The notes: generated from the letters alone by a model not told the origin. A DNA stretch of 64,000 nt from Bdellovibrio sp. (GCA_036677065.1 JAKFBS010000002.1:608001-672000), one strand, 5' to 3'; counted from the first letter of the stretch, positions 20,915 to 30,478 are shown. Made by a program: numbers and translations.

Positions 20915-21454
20915 ATGGGACGCCTAAAAGCCTTCAACCGTGATGACCTGCTCGACTCTGCTATCCAAATCTTTTGGAAGAAGGGATACGCCGACACGTC
21001 TTTATCTGACCTTGAAAAGGCCACAGGAGTGAACAAGTCTGGGCTCTATTCTGAATTCAATGATAAAGACGATATTTTTTATGAAAGTCTTAAAAGATAT
21101 CATGAGAGTTATCCTTTTTATGAACTTCTTAAAGCTGAACCACTTGGTTGGAACAACATCGTAAATTTTTTCAAGGCAAAGAATAATTGCAAAGGGCAAA
21201 AAGGTTGTTTTATGGCTTTTACCATGAGGGAACATTCCATCATCCCTAATAAAGTAAAACAACTTATCGAAAAAACTTCAGCCGAAGTCTATGAACTCTT
21301 TTTAAAAAATGTAAAAGCTACCGGCACAAAAAATCCAGAGGCCAAGACCACTCACCTAATGACTTATTCAATGGGCTCGTGCCTAAAAACAAATGTGCAA
21401 AAGCCTGAAGCCCTTGCTGATGAAATGATGTCGTTTATTGAAATGCTTAAATAG
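20915..21454 (+). CDS. TetR/AcrR family regulator
   Basis: FWKKGYADTSLSDLEKATGVNKSGLYSEF HTH. Confidence 0.92.
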   Translation: MGRLKAFNRDDLLDSAIQIFWKKGYADTSLSDLEKATGVNKSGLYSEFNDKDDIFYESLKRYHESYPFYELLKAEPLGWNNIVNFFKAKNNCKGQKGCFMAFTMREHSIIPNKVKQLIEKTSAEVYELFLKNVKATGTKNPEAKTTHLMTYSMGSCLKTNVQKPEALADEMMSFIEMLK

Positions 21455-21456
21455 CT

Positions 21457-21996
21457 CTATTCTTCGCTATCGCCCGCCAGCAACTGCTGAGGTAAATTCT
21501 TAAACGAGTTAACTTTTCCACTTTTAAACTCTAAAACCCAGTAACGGTCAAAATTCTTACCCCACGTGACAGGAGCATTAACTGCCCCAAGCTGATGGGC
21601 AATGTCTGCCAACGTCTCATGTTGCCAGGCAACCAGAACCACTTGGCCATTGTATCTATCGTCATGTGATAACAGCTGCACTAAGTCTGTAACTTCGTCT
21701 CGAGTGAAAGGTGTCTGAATCTGCAAACCGAGCGCACTAGATAGCGGTTGCAAAGTTTGAATAGAACGAATAGATCCCTTTTTTTTGTGCGGCTTTAATG
21801 CGATCAAATTCGTGATGTTTGCATTTCCAAAAAGATGGGCTAACCCTTCGGCGCGCTTCCAGCCGATTTTAGAAAGTTCAGTTCCTTCAGTCCCAAGTGG
21901 TTCTTCGCCGTGGCGGATAAGGATAACTTTACTGGGCATAGCAACGGCCACTGTCGTAAATGCTAATAAGGCGAAAAGAAGAAGAAGAGTTTTCAT
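21457..21996 (-). CDS. Secreted histidine phosphatase family protein
   Basis: Signal peptide, LIRHGE, RSIQT, VAWQH. Confidence 0.82.
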   Translation of the reverse strand: MKTLLLLFALLAFTTVAVAMPSKVILIRHGEEPLGTEGTELSKIGWKRAEGLAHLFGNANITNLIALKPHKKKGSIRSIQTLQPLSSALGLQIQTPFTRDEVTDLVQLLSHDDRYNGQVVLVAWQHETLADIAHQLGAVNAPVTWGKNFDRYWVLEFKSGKVNSFKNLPQQLLAGDSEE

Positions 21997-22009
21997 AATG
22001 AGCTAATTA

Positions 22010-22025
22010 TGCAGAACTGGCTCCA
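22010..22025 (-). promoter_or_regulatory. Putative sigma54 promoter for the histidine phosphatase
   Basis: Minus strand TGGAGCCAGTTCTGCA, just upstream of ATG21996. Confidence 0.4.
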
Positions 22026-22291
22026 TATTCAAAGTAAATACAGTAGTATTGGCTGTCTACTCATTTGACGGTCTACAGTTTTATGTCTTTTTTTAGTTAA
22101 GAATTGGTTCGCGCGAACTCATACTGTTTTCTCTAGGCAACAAGTATGAAAAATCAGACACAATTTGTGAGTTAAACCATGAATAAATTGCCATTAATTT
22201 CATTTATCATAATTCAATAGTTTATGAATTATCTTAATTATTTTGTAAGGGGTATTTCATCATTCAAGAACAACCTAACAAAGGAACCAAA

Positions 22292-22732
22292 ATGAAAAAA
22301 CTATTAGTTATCTTAACAGGTACCCTATTAACGCTAACATCAACTGCGTACGCTAGAAACTCTGTACACACAGTTACTCTTGACAGTAAAGCGATTGATT
22401 TAGCGATCAACAGTGAGTCAGCTCACTTCAGAGTTAACTACCCTGGCCTTGGGAATCGTGCTGTTTGCTCTCTTGAACTTCAGGTAAGCCCTTACAACTA
22501 TGTATCATCAGGAGGTCTTAATGATCTTTTAGTTGTTGAAGAAACTTTCGCTCACCAAGTGATCCCGTTAAAAATCGTTGATTCAAAATCAGCGAGCATT
22601 GAATTAGAACGCAATTTGTACGTAACACAAGTTTCTATTTCAACTCGCGATGGCCGCACATTGCGCGAAGCTTTAAAAGATCTTGGAATCTACAAAGGGT
22701 ACTTAAAATTAGTTGGCCGCGGTTGCCAGTAA
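22292..22732 (+). CDS. Secreted hypothetical protein
   Basis: AAGGA RBS, signal peptide ending AYA. Confidence 0.75.
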   Translation: MKKLLVILTGTLLTLTSTAYARNSVHTVTLDSKAIDLAINSESAHFRVNYPGLGNRAVCSLELQVSPYNYVSSGGLNDLLVVEETFAHQVIPLKIVDSKSASIELERNLYVTQVSISTRDGRTLREALKDLGIYKGYLKLVGRGCQ

Positions 22733-22772
22733 TTTTTCTTGTCTTTGTTACTCATTTAACAACCACCCAAAT

Positions 22773-22817
22773 AATTTCAGACAAAAAAAATCCCAAGTTT
22801 TAAGGCTTGGGATTTTT
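22773..22817. terminator. Bidirectional terminator; also left copy of a 35-bp direct repeat
   Basis: AAAAATCCCAAG..CTTGGGATTTTT; 22773-22807 matches 29466-29500 at 34/35. Confidence 0.75.
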
Positions 22818-22838
22818 ATCTTATCGGATCCTATTCTT

Positions 22839-24761
22839 CTACAGCGCTATCTGAACGCCGATTTCAACGACTCTATCTTTCGGAAGCTGAAAATAATCCG
22901 AAGCTGAAATTTCGTTTTTTGAAATAATTGAATAAATCTTTTCTCTCCAGATGGCCATTCCAGGAAATTCGGTCGCATAAAGACTTTCTTTACCAATGAC
23001 AAAGCTGACTTTATCAATATTTAGCACTTGATTTCCTAATTTCAAATTTGCAATTTCTTTGGGAATGTCTGGTTGTTCTAAATATCCGTACAATAGAGTG
23101 ATTTGATAATTATCATGCGGTAACGGTGATACTTTGACCCGCTCCTCATTAGTGACAAAGGGCGAACTATCTGTTTGCACCGTTAAAAAGACAAGATTCT
23201 GATGAACAGTTTTAAAATGTTTGTAAGCGTGGACAAGTGAATACGGTGTATAAAGAAGGCTTCGATTCAAGTAAACGGCAGTTCCTTCGATGCGATTTGG
23301 ATTTTTAGATATGACCTCGTTTAGAAAGTCAGTCAGAAGAATTGTTTTTTCCTGCTGATGAAGACTTAAAAGCATCCGCCCTTTGTGCCATGTTGTCATC
23401 AATGTGAATCCAGCAATACCGACTAATAAAGGAAACCATCCCCCATCTAGAATTTTAAGTAAATTTGCGCCCCAGAATGCCAGATCGATCACTAAAAAAA
23501 TTCCGCAAATAGATCCTGCAGTTAAGCGACTCCAGTTCCATTTTTCACGGGCAACAAAATAAAACAAGATGGTTGTGATCACCATCGTCGTTGTCACGGC
23601 TAGACCGTAAGCAGAAGCTAAATTACTTGAAGTTTTAAAAGCTAGAACCAAAGCAATACTGCCAACCATCAGAAGTCGGTTCATATTTTTTACATAAATC
23701 TGCCCGATTTCGTGTTTTGAAGTATGTGAAATATGAAAGCGCGGAAGATATCCATTCTGAACGGCTTGTAAAGTTAACGAGAAAACCCCGGTGATTAAGG
23801 CTTGCGAGGCAATGGTCGTAGCCAGTGCCGCAAGCAACACGAGCGGATAAAGCGCCCACTCGGGCGCAAGGTGATAAAATGGATTTTCAATGGCTTCTGG
23901 GTTTCGCAAAAGAAGTGCACCTTGACCGAAGTAATTTAGAGTCAAACCAGGAAGAGCGACAAAAAACCAGGCTTGCTTGATAGGCTTTATACCAAAATGC
24001 CCAAGGTCAGAATATAGCGCTTCTCCGCCGGTAACGACTAAAAATACTGATCCTAATACAACAAACCCGTACCAAGCATTCATCTGAAAAAATGAAATAA
24101 TATAAACCGGATTGATCGCTTTAAAAATTTCTGGCGTTTGCACAATGCTAATAATACCCAATACACCTAATACGATAAACCAAGTCAGAGTAACGGGTCC
24201 AAAAATTTTACCAACCGTGGCAGTCCCCTTTTTTTGAATCGAAAAAAGAGCGACCAGAATACCGACAGTAATCGGGATAATATAAGGATTAAAAACCGGA
24301 GTAATTAAGCCAAGACCTTCAATGGCACTTAGAATCGAAATCGCCGGAGTTATCATGCCATCGCCGTATAAAAGTGCTGTTCCAAATAACCCTAGCAAAA
24401 TCAGAATCATTTTACTTTTCGGAAGTTTGTCATCATCGCGTTTTTTGACGGGTGTAATCAGCGATGTCAAAGCTAGAATTCCGCCTTCGCCCTTATGATC
24501 AGCACGTAAGATAAAAGTTAAATACTTAATCGAGATCACAATCATAAGAGACCAAAAAATTAAAGAAATAAGACCGAATACATTTTCTGGAAGTGCCACC
24601 ACATGATGGCCGGGATGAAAGGCTTCTTTAAGCGCATACAATGGGCTGGTGCCGATGTCGCCGTACACAACGCCAAGCGCACCAAGGGCTAATAAATATT
24701 TGTATCCAGGAGTCTTATTTGAATCAGAAATTATGTTCGACATAGCTTCAAGATTTAACAT
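22839..24761 (-). CDS. kup: KUP/HAK/KT potassium uptake transporter
   Basis: GVVYGDIGTSPLY, GEGGILAL, GDGMITPAIS, GGEALYSDLGHFG; alternative start 24743. Confidence 0.95.
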   Translation of the reverse strand: MLNLEAMSNIISDSNKTPGYKYLLALGALGVVYGDIGTSPLYALKEAFHPGHHVVALPENVFGLISLIFWSLMIVISIKYLTFILRADHKGEGGILALTSLITPVKKRDDDKLPKSKMILILLGLFGTALLYGDGMITPAISILSAIEGLGLITPVFNPYIIPITVGILVALFSIQKKGTATVGKIFGPVTLTWFIVLGVLGIISIVQTPEIFKAINPVYIISFFQMNAWYGFVVLGSVFLVVTGGEALYSDLGHFGIKPIKQAWFFVALPGLTLNYFGQGALLLRNPEAIENPFYHLAPEWALYPLVLLAALATTIASQALITGVFSLTLQAVQNGYLPRFHISHTSKHEIGQIYVKNMNRLLMVGSIALVLAFKTSSNLASAYGLAVTTTMVITTILFYFVAREKWNWSRLTAGSICGIFLVIDLAFWGANLLKILDGGWFPLLVGIAGFTLMTTWHKGRMLLSLHQQEKTILLTDFLNEVISKNPNRIEGTAVYLNRSLLYTPYSLVHAYKHFKTVHQNLVFLTVQTDSSPFVTNEERVKVSPLPHDNYQITLLYGYLEQPDIPKEIANLKLGNQVLNIDKVSFVIGKESLYATEFPGMAIWREKIYSIISKNEISASDYFQLPKDRVVEIGVQIAL

Positions 24762-24804
24762 GAAACCATTTAGATGTTGTGAGTTTTTTATCTCTGAAAA
24801 GAAG

Positions 24805-24919
24805 AATGGTGCCCCTTGCTAAACGATTATCGAACTGCCGTATTGGAGATCTGTGCGTAAATTTGAGCTGACGCTGAATTGCTTGATTTTTTCCCACATC
24901 AAGCCAGACAAACTCGAAC
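24805..24919. repeat. ~115-bp direct repeat copy 1, beginning with the tRNA-Leu 3'-end fragment
   Basis: First 31 bp identical to 26015-26045; AATGGTGCCCC equals 29524-29534. Confidence 0.8.
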
Positions 24920-25045
24920 CATCCAAGATGCATCGCAGCCCTACCCTTATTACCCCTGTTTACCCTTCCTGAGACAATACGCCTATCATACTGTGTCCAA
25001 TATAAATAATTGCGGAATTACGTAATTTATGCTATTTTACTAAGA

Positions 25046-25351
25046 GTGGAGCAACGCCGAACTTACAAAATTAAAGCAATCACGATAAATGGCCTTTTGG
25101 TCAATCAAGTTGTTATCGATGCTCATTACGAAAAAAAGCATAAGCGCTACATGAACGACGAGCTGATTTTAAATCTAGTTCAAGAATTGAACGGTCGCAA
25201 AGAAGTTCCTGATTCAGTCAGTGGTCCTTATTCGTATTTTGCAACATTGATTGAACATAAAAATAAAAAATATAGACTGATATGGTTACTGGAAGATCAT
25301 GCAATTTATATCGGAATTATTAACGCTTACCGTGACACAAGAAAGGGATAA
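25046..25351 (+). CDS. Putative toxin (small RelE/BrnT-like RNase candidate)
   Basis: ~100-aa basic protein with HYEKKH, KYRLIW and IINAYR, 4 bp upstream of an XRE HTH gene; GTG start inferred. Confidence 0.55.
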   Translation: MEQRRTYKIKAITINGLLVNQVVIDAHYEKKHKRYMNDELILNLVQELNGRKEVPDSVSGPYSYFATLIEHKNKKYRLIWLLEDHAIYIGIINAYRDTRKG

Positions 25352-25355
25352 ACAA

Positions 25356-25658
25356 ATGAGCTTTCCTAGTGAAAAAGAATTAAAAACTGTTAGAAAAAAA
25401 CTATCAAAAGTTGAACCTTCACGTACTCTTCCTAAAAATGCTTCAAAAGTTGACACCTTGAAATATAAAGTTTGCGAAAGATTTGTCGTGTTTTTAATGG
25501 AAAACAAGCTGACTCAGGTCCAGCTGGCAAAAAAATTAAAAGTCAGTCCTGCTCGTGTAAATGAAATCATTAAATATCGAATTGATCTTTATACGCTAGA
25601 TAAACTTATTGAACTAGCCGACAGACTTTCTTTGGATATCAAACTCAAAGTGGCCTAA
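25356..25658 (+). CDS. XRE/HigA-like HTH protein, putative antitoxin
   Basis: LTQVQLAKKLKVSPARVNEIIKYRIDLYTLDKL. Confidence 0.8.
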   Translation: MSFPSEKELKTVRKKLSKVEPSRTLPKNASKVDTLKYKVCERFVVFLMENKLTQVQLAKKLKVSPARVNEIIKYRIDLYTLDKLIELADRLSLDIKLKVA

Positions 25659-25719
25659 GACAATAATTTTTTACAGTTAAAAAAGTAAAATACTAAATCT
25701 AATCTAAACAGAGGTTACT

Positions 25720-25959
25720 GTGCCAAAAGTTAGCTGGTCTTTTAACATCAATGAAAAAAATCATATTATTGAACTAGAACATGGATATTTTACTGGTAAA
25801 CGCAAAATAACTGTGGATGGTCGCGTGATTCTAGCGAAGACGAATTTTAAAGATTTTGGCAGCGTTCATGACTTTGAAATTGAAAGCCAAAAGTTCAGAG
25901 TTTCAATAAAATCCAAATTTTTGAATTGGCATTATTTCTTTGAAGCTATTCGGATCTAG
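25720..25959 (+). CDS. Small hypothetical beta-rich protein
   Basis: GAGG RBS, GTG start, HIIELEHGYFTGKRKITVDG. Confidence 0.6.
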   Translation: MPKVSWSFNINEKNHIIELEHGYFTGKRKITVDGRVILAKTNFKDFGSVHDFEIESQKFRVSIKSKFLNWHYFFEAIRI

Positions 25960-26014
25960 ATTAGGTCAGTTAATTTCGGGGTTTTTTTACGTATGTCTCA
26001 TTCCAGACAAAAAA

Positions 26015-26130
26015 AATGGTGCCCCTTGCTAAACGATTATCGAACAGCAATCTTGGAGATCTGCGCGTAAAATTGAGCTGGGCATATTAATGCTCAGTTT
26101 TTATCCACACCTAGTTGAACAGACTCGAAC
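26015..26130. repeat. ~115-bp direct repeat copy 2
   Basis: Alignable with 24805-24919 through TTGGAGATCTG.GCGTAAA.TTGAGCTG to ACTCGAAC. Confidence 0.8.
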
Positions 26131-26166
26131 TAAGATTTTTAGGTAAGCACCATTCTGCAGGAGGAT

Positions 26167-26808
26167 TTAAATAGACCCGTATATAGCTTTGTTTTGATCT
26201 TTGTTTATCATTATAAAATCACACCGATACTTCGAATTAGAATGAGTAAAAACATAAACCTCGGAAATATTCTCAATTAAGCCGGTTATCTTTTTCATCC
26301 TTCTGGAATTTAAGCAACGCTCAACTCTAGATGGCATCTTTTCAAGATCAACTCTGTCAAAGTTACTAAATTTTCCTGATCTTACTATTAACTCGAAGTC
26401 CTGATGACTAACTTCGAAAGTCATTTGAAATGAAGACGAGCCCATTGCACTTATACTTCCGTAAGTTTCTATATTTTTGATACTTGTCGGTGCGGGATTA
26501 GCGATTATTTTTTGAAACATATTTTGAGGCGAATACTCCGCCAAACAGTAAGTGATGACAAAAATTGTGGCAATTACACTCATAAGGACAGAGGTTGCTC
26601 TTGCCAACTTGAAGGCGAGGAAGAACTTCTTCTTCTCTAAAAATTTAATAATGAAATGAATTCCCCCAAATATAGGTGAGCCAAACATGACTAACAACAT
26701 TGCTACAGAGGCATCAAAATATGAGATGGCTAATATCACTAGTAACCATTCAATTCCATAAATGCTTTTCAAATTTTTCGTTTTTTCTATTATCTTCGAA
26801 AATGTCAT
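26167..26808 (-). CDS. Hypothetical membrane protein
   Basis: About three N-terminal hydrophobic segments, AT-rich. Confidence 0.65.
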   Translation of the reverse strand: MTFSKIIEKTKNLKSIYGIEWLLVILAISYFDASVAMLLVMFGSPIFGGIHFIIKFLEKKKFFLAFKLARATSVLMSVIATIFVITYCLAEYSPQNMFQKIIANPAPTSIKNIETYGSISAMGSSSFQMTFEVSHQDFELIVRSGKFSNFDRVDLEKMPSRVERCLNSRRMKKITGLIENISEVYVFTHSNSKYRCDFIMINKDQNKAIYGSI

Positions 26809-26834
26809 AATTTAAGATTACCTTTATTCAGTTA

Positions 26835-27437
26835 TCACTTAGATTTTTTGGTTAAAAGGTGTTCCAAATCCCGATTAGCTTCTTTGGAAAGTTTATTCAA
26901 ATGATATGGCAAAGTCTTTTGATCTAACTCATAAGTACCCGAAGTATTGAAAAATGCAACCGGCCATAGAAATATTGATATATAGGTTCTATACGGAAAA
27001 GAAGAAACATATGTTTTATTGAGTTTAGAATTTTCGCCTTTAATACTAACTGTAATTACACTCTCATAATCTTCCCACGACGGAATTAGGCCAAATGTTA
27101 AAGTACTCGCTGCAAACCAAACTTTATTGTGATTTTCAGTTATGTGTTTAATTTCCACTTCTGCTTTGTTGATGGTTTTACACTTTTGAGCTACGATAGG
27201 TACAAAATAACTTTTAATGATGTTCAACTGTTTTTGAACTCTCCGAGTCTCTACCGTATATTCAGTAACGTTCACCTCGCCGCGCGAATCATAATAACTA
27301 TCGTAAACCTTTGTAAGTTCCACACACTTAAACACTGGAGCCGGCGAAACTATCGACGCTTCGTAATTTTTGTCATATTTGCTAACCGCCGCACAACTGC
27401 TTAATAAAAATAGTATCCCCACTAACTTCAACATCAT
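26835..27437 (-). CDS. Hypothetical lipoprotein
   Basis: MMLKLVGILFLLSSC lipobox; STLTFGLIPSW segment. Confidence 0.7.
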   Translation of the reverse strand: MMLKLVGILFLLSSCAAVSKYDKNYEASIVSPAPVFKCVELTKVYDSYYDSRGEVNVTEYTVETRRVQKQLNIIKSYFVPIVAQKCKTINKAEVEIKHITENHNKVWFAASTLTFGLIPSWEDYESVITVSIKGENSKLNKTYVSSFPYRTYISIFLWPVAFFNTSGTYELDQKTLPYHLNKLSKEANRDLEHLLTKKSK

Positions 27438-27450
27438 TACTCCAACTGCA

Positions 27451-27663
27451 TCAATCAATAATAACCAGAAATTTTGCCACGATCCCAAAACCAATAAAAC
27501 AGTATGCTATTATAAAAAGTTTCTTCGGATAGGACTTCTTTAAAAGAAGCTTACTCAACAATATGAAGGATAAGATTCCTAAGCCAGTATAAAGTCCAAA
27601 AATATTTAAAAAAAGTAGTGGCACCAATAAGACTGGCAATACGTATTGTAAGAAAATTTCCAT
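27451..27663 (-). CDS. Small membrane protein
   Basis: 70 aa, almost entirely hydrophobic, GGAG RBS. Confidence 0.55.
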   Translation of the reverse strand: MEIFLQYVLPVLLVPLLFLNIFGLYTGLGILSFILLSKLLLKKSYPKKLFIIAYCFIGFGIVAKFLVIID

Positions 27664-27678
27664 TACTCCACCATCTTT

Positions 27679-28491
27679 TTACTTACCTAGAAGTTTCCTA
27701 AGATCGTCTGTCGAATAAAAACGTAAGTCCGATTTTTCTAACGGAATGCCCTTCGCATCTTTTTCTTCATAAATAATCTTTGGCCCATAAATATAACCTT
27801 GCATTTCATTTTGCGTTGTAATTTCTTTGTGAACTTCAATGAAATATCCATCGTGTTTATACAGAATCGTACCACCATCAGCATAAGCTTCAATCACGAT
27901 GTTCGCATAAACAGGTTTGTATCCAGCTTTGACCGATTCAAAATCTATGTCAGCCTGCTCTTGCGGAGGGACCCACTGATAACGCATGCTCAGGTCAAAA
28001 ACAGGTGTGCTTTCACTTGCCTCAATCCAGCCGTCGATACCATCACCCTCAATTTTGACAGCCATTGAATCCTTGTTGTTCTTAATACGCAATACTTTTG
28101 CTTTTGAAAACTTTGGCAGAGTACCAATCTTACTTGCTGACTTTAGTTCGGGGCTCGCATATATGTCGGTATCGTTATAAATACGAACCACATGCTTTCT
28201 ATCATGAACATTATCATCTATAAAGATCACAAGGGCTGCTACTATAACGATAACTAATCGTGTGATTAATCCTTGCCAATTAAATGTCTTCAATTTGAAT
28301 CTGTTCACAATTTTAATTCGCGCGAATACTATCACAACTATCGCAAACAAAAATATCAGGACAGTAGTCCAAAAGGTAAATTCACTTGAGTACGAACGAT
28401 TAGTCGAAGCAGTCATTATGCCGAATAAGCTATAAAGCACTACACCTAATTCAATGAATAAAAATAATGAGTATAAAAAAATATTTAGCAT
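27679..28491 (-). CDS. Membrane protein with bacterial SH3-like domain
   Basis: 3 TM segments then IYASPELKSASKIGTLPK..AKVL..GWIEAS. Confidence 0.65.
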   Translation of the reverse strand: MLNIFLYSLFLFIELGVVLYSLFGIMTASTNRSYSSEFTFWTTVLIFLFAIVVIVFARIKIVNRFKLKTFNWQGLITRLVIVIVAALVIFIDDNVHDRKHVVRIYNDTDIYASPELKSASKIGTLPKFSKAKVLRIKNNKDSMAVKIEGDGIDGWIEASESTPVFDLSMRYQWVPPQEQADIDFESVKAGYKPVYANIVIEAYADGGTILYKHDGYFIEVHKEITTQNEMQGYIYGPKIIYEEKDAKGIPLEKSDLRFYSTDDLRKLLGK

Positions 28492-28532
28492 AACTTACTT
28501 CTAACGGACATAAATTATTACATCACAATTAT

Positions 28533-28901
28533 TTGCGATGTTTAAATAGATTGTTATTTATGTATGTATGGTCTAGTCTAATGTTTGTGGCTAAGCATAA
28601 GCGGTTAAATTGTTTTTTTTGTAAAATGACGAGTGTTATCTATAAGTGGTATGGGTTGGAAACTCCTAAAACTCGGCCATGGAAAAGGTACGCTTTATTA
28701 TATACAGCTATCTTTATGGTAGTTGGAATTGTCGCATTAACGATGAATCTTCATAGTATTCAATCAAACCAACTTACCCCAACTTATTTCATTCTATTTG
28801 GATTCGTTTTATTAATTAGTATTCTTGGCTTGATGATCGCTACAATTGGATGTGACTCATGCGTTGTAAGAGTTTTTGGAAATTTTGATTTTACAATTTA
28901 A
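28533..28901 (+). CDS. Hypothetical membrane protein (start uncertain)
   Basis: Two TM segments, GCDSCV motif. Confidence 0.45.
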   Translation: MRCLNRLLFMYVWSSLMFVAKHKRLNCFFCKMTSVIYKWYGLETPKTRPWKRYALLYTAIFMVVGIVALTMNLHSIQSNQLTPTYFILFGFVLLISILGLMIATIGCDSCVVRVFGNFDFTI

Positions 28902-28960
28902 TAAGTTAAATGGTGCGCTTTATTCAACGTGTATTGTTTGCCAATTAGGGAGTACTTAGA

Positions 28961-29380
28961 GTGATTGGTATATTTGTTATTTTAGTTGTATTGGGCCTCG
29001 GAGGTACGATGCTTCCAATTCCCCATACTGAGATTTCGCAGCAAAAGCCTTTCAATGACTTTATTGGTCGTGAGTATCGCGTGATAGGTCCTACGTATGC
29101 GATGTACTGGAACGATTTTCCCGACAAAGAAAAAATCCTTACAGTATCTATTGCGTCGGCAAGAACAAAAAATCGTTTCGTTACGAAAATTGTACCATTA
29201 CAAGTGGGCCAAAGAATTCGCATCGTTAGCGCCTGGCACTACTGGGCATTGATTGAGTACATCAGATACTACAAGGTTTCAGTAACTGACCTTGATTCAC
29301 CTGCTGGTGTTCCAATCCAGATGGATGTGAAATCTAATGGCATACCTGATCCACTCATTTACGAACCAATAAGCCAGTAA
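28961..29380 (+). CDS. Hypothetical exported protein
   Basis: GGGAG RBS, GTG start, hydrophobic N-terminus. Confidence 0.55.
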   Translation: MIGIFVILVVLGLGGTMLPIPHTEISQQKPFNDFIGREYRVIGPTYAMYWNDFPDKEKILTVSIASARTKNRFVTKIVPLQVGQRIRIVSAWHYWALIEYIRYYKVSVTDLDSPAGVPIQMDVKSNGIPDPLIYEPISQ

Positions 29381-29465
29381 TCAATCTCACTAACACGTGG
29401 CACTCAAATGGCACACGATATCTAAATTTGCCGAGGATTTCTGTGCCAGCTAATTCTCAAAGAGG

Positions 29466-29500
29466 AATTTCAGGCAAAAAAAATCCCAAGTTTTAAGGCT
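29466..29500. repeat. Right copy of the 35-bp direct repeat (degraded terminator downstream of tRNA)
   Basis: AATTTCAGGCAAAAAAAATCCCAAGTTTTAAGGCT. Confidence 0.8.
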
Positions 29501-29525
29501 CAGGATTGATTATTCAACTTTTAAA

Positions 29526-29617
29526 TGGTGCCCCGGGCCGGACTTGAACCGGCACGCCCGTGTTAACGAAGCTCAGGATTTTAAGTCCTGTGTGTCTACC
29601 AATTTCACCACCGGGGC
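29526..29617 (-). tRNA. tRNA-Leu (anticodon TAA)
   Basis: GCCCCGG acceptor stem, D-loop TGGTAGA, anticodon arm CAGGA-CTTAAAA-TCCTG, long variable arm, GCCGG-TTCAAGT-CCGGC, encoded CCA. Confidence 0.97.
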
Positions 29618-29698
29618 ACTAGAAATGTGAAGTTAGAATCTAGATATTTGTAAAAGCTTTGTCACGCCTTTTCATATTTTTTTTCATGGGACTTTTTA

Positions 29699-30478
29699 TT
29701 GACTAGTTACCTGTATGCGCCAATGATGAATCATGTTGTGTCTAATGAACAAAATTTAAGAACATTCAACATCTTCCACACCCTGAAAATTGCATTTCTG
29801 CCGATTTTTTTAGCGTTATTAGTATCCGGAACCCTAGATCAGTTCATAAACACTAAAATTGAAGCAATTTTACGTTCGCCCCATGGTTTATCACAGACTA
29901 TTTGGTTTTACGGTGCAGTCTCTATTTTTTCATCACTTCTGTTTCCGCTGATTATTACTTTTTTTGCAAGCTACGCCCTGGCCCGCTCGATTCAAGATGT
30001 CGACTATGCCTCATTTATGCCGAAAAGCTTTGATGGCTTTTTTAAAGACAACTTTGAATTATCGTTCTTAGAAACGATCCGCTCTTGGGGAAAAACGTTT
30101 TTATGGACGTTTTTATTTATCATCCCCGGCATTATCAAATTCTTTTTATATATTCCGGTGCCGTTTGTGGTGTTTTTCTCGAAACGTTACCAAGCTGGCG
30201 AAGTCGATGCTTTAAAGCTGTCGCAAAAAATTGCCAAGAAGCATTGGTTTTGGCTTTTAATCTACATGACGATGTTTACTTTCGTATTACCGATGACTTT
30301 GTCTCTTGGTATGGATCAATATCGCGTATTTCGCGAGTACATTGTTTATGCTTCGCTATTAACTGCAATTGATGCGGTGATCGTTATTGTTTTTCACTAC
30401 TATATTTTAAAATTGATTCTAAAATTTATTAAAGACGATGATTTAAAAGGAGCTACTGCACATGGGCTTAATGTTTAA
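29699..30478 (+). CDS. Multi-pass membrane protein (DUF975-like), start uncertain
   Basis: LFIIPGIIKF..Y..VPFV..ALKLS pattern. Confidence 0.65.
   Translation: MTSYLYAPMMNHVVSNEQNLRTFNIFHTLKIAFLPIFLALLVSGTLDQFINTKIEAILRSPHGLSQTIWFYGAVSIFSSLLFPLIITFFASYALARSIQDVDYASFMPKSFDGFFKDNFELSFLETIRSWGKTFLWTFLFIIPGIIKFFLYIPVPFVVFFSKRYQAGEVDALKLSQKIAKKHWFWLLIYMTMFTFVLPMTLSLGMDQYRVFREYIVYASLLTAIDAVIVIVFHYYILKLILKFIKDDDLKGATAHGLNV

Noticed and set aside
24805..26130. The ~115-bp repeats as tRNA, tmRNA or a c-di-AMP riboswitch for kup
   Set aside because: Only the GGGGCACCA end and a T-loop-like word match, no cloverleaf stems form, and ydaO-like words fall on opposite strands.
25720..29380. Integron cassette array
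   Set aside because: No integrase and no convincing attC (RYYYAAC...GTTRRRY hairpins); spacers mostly too short.
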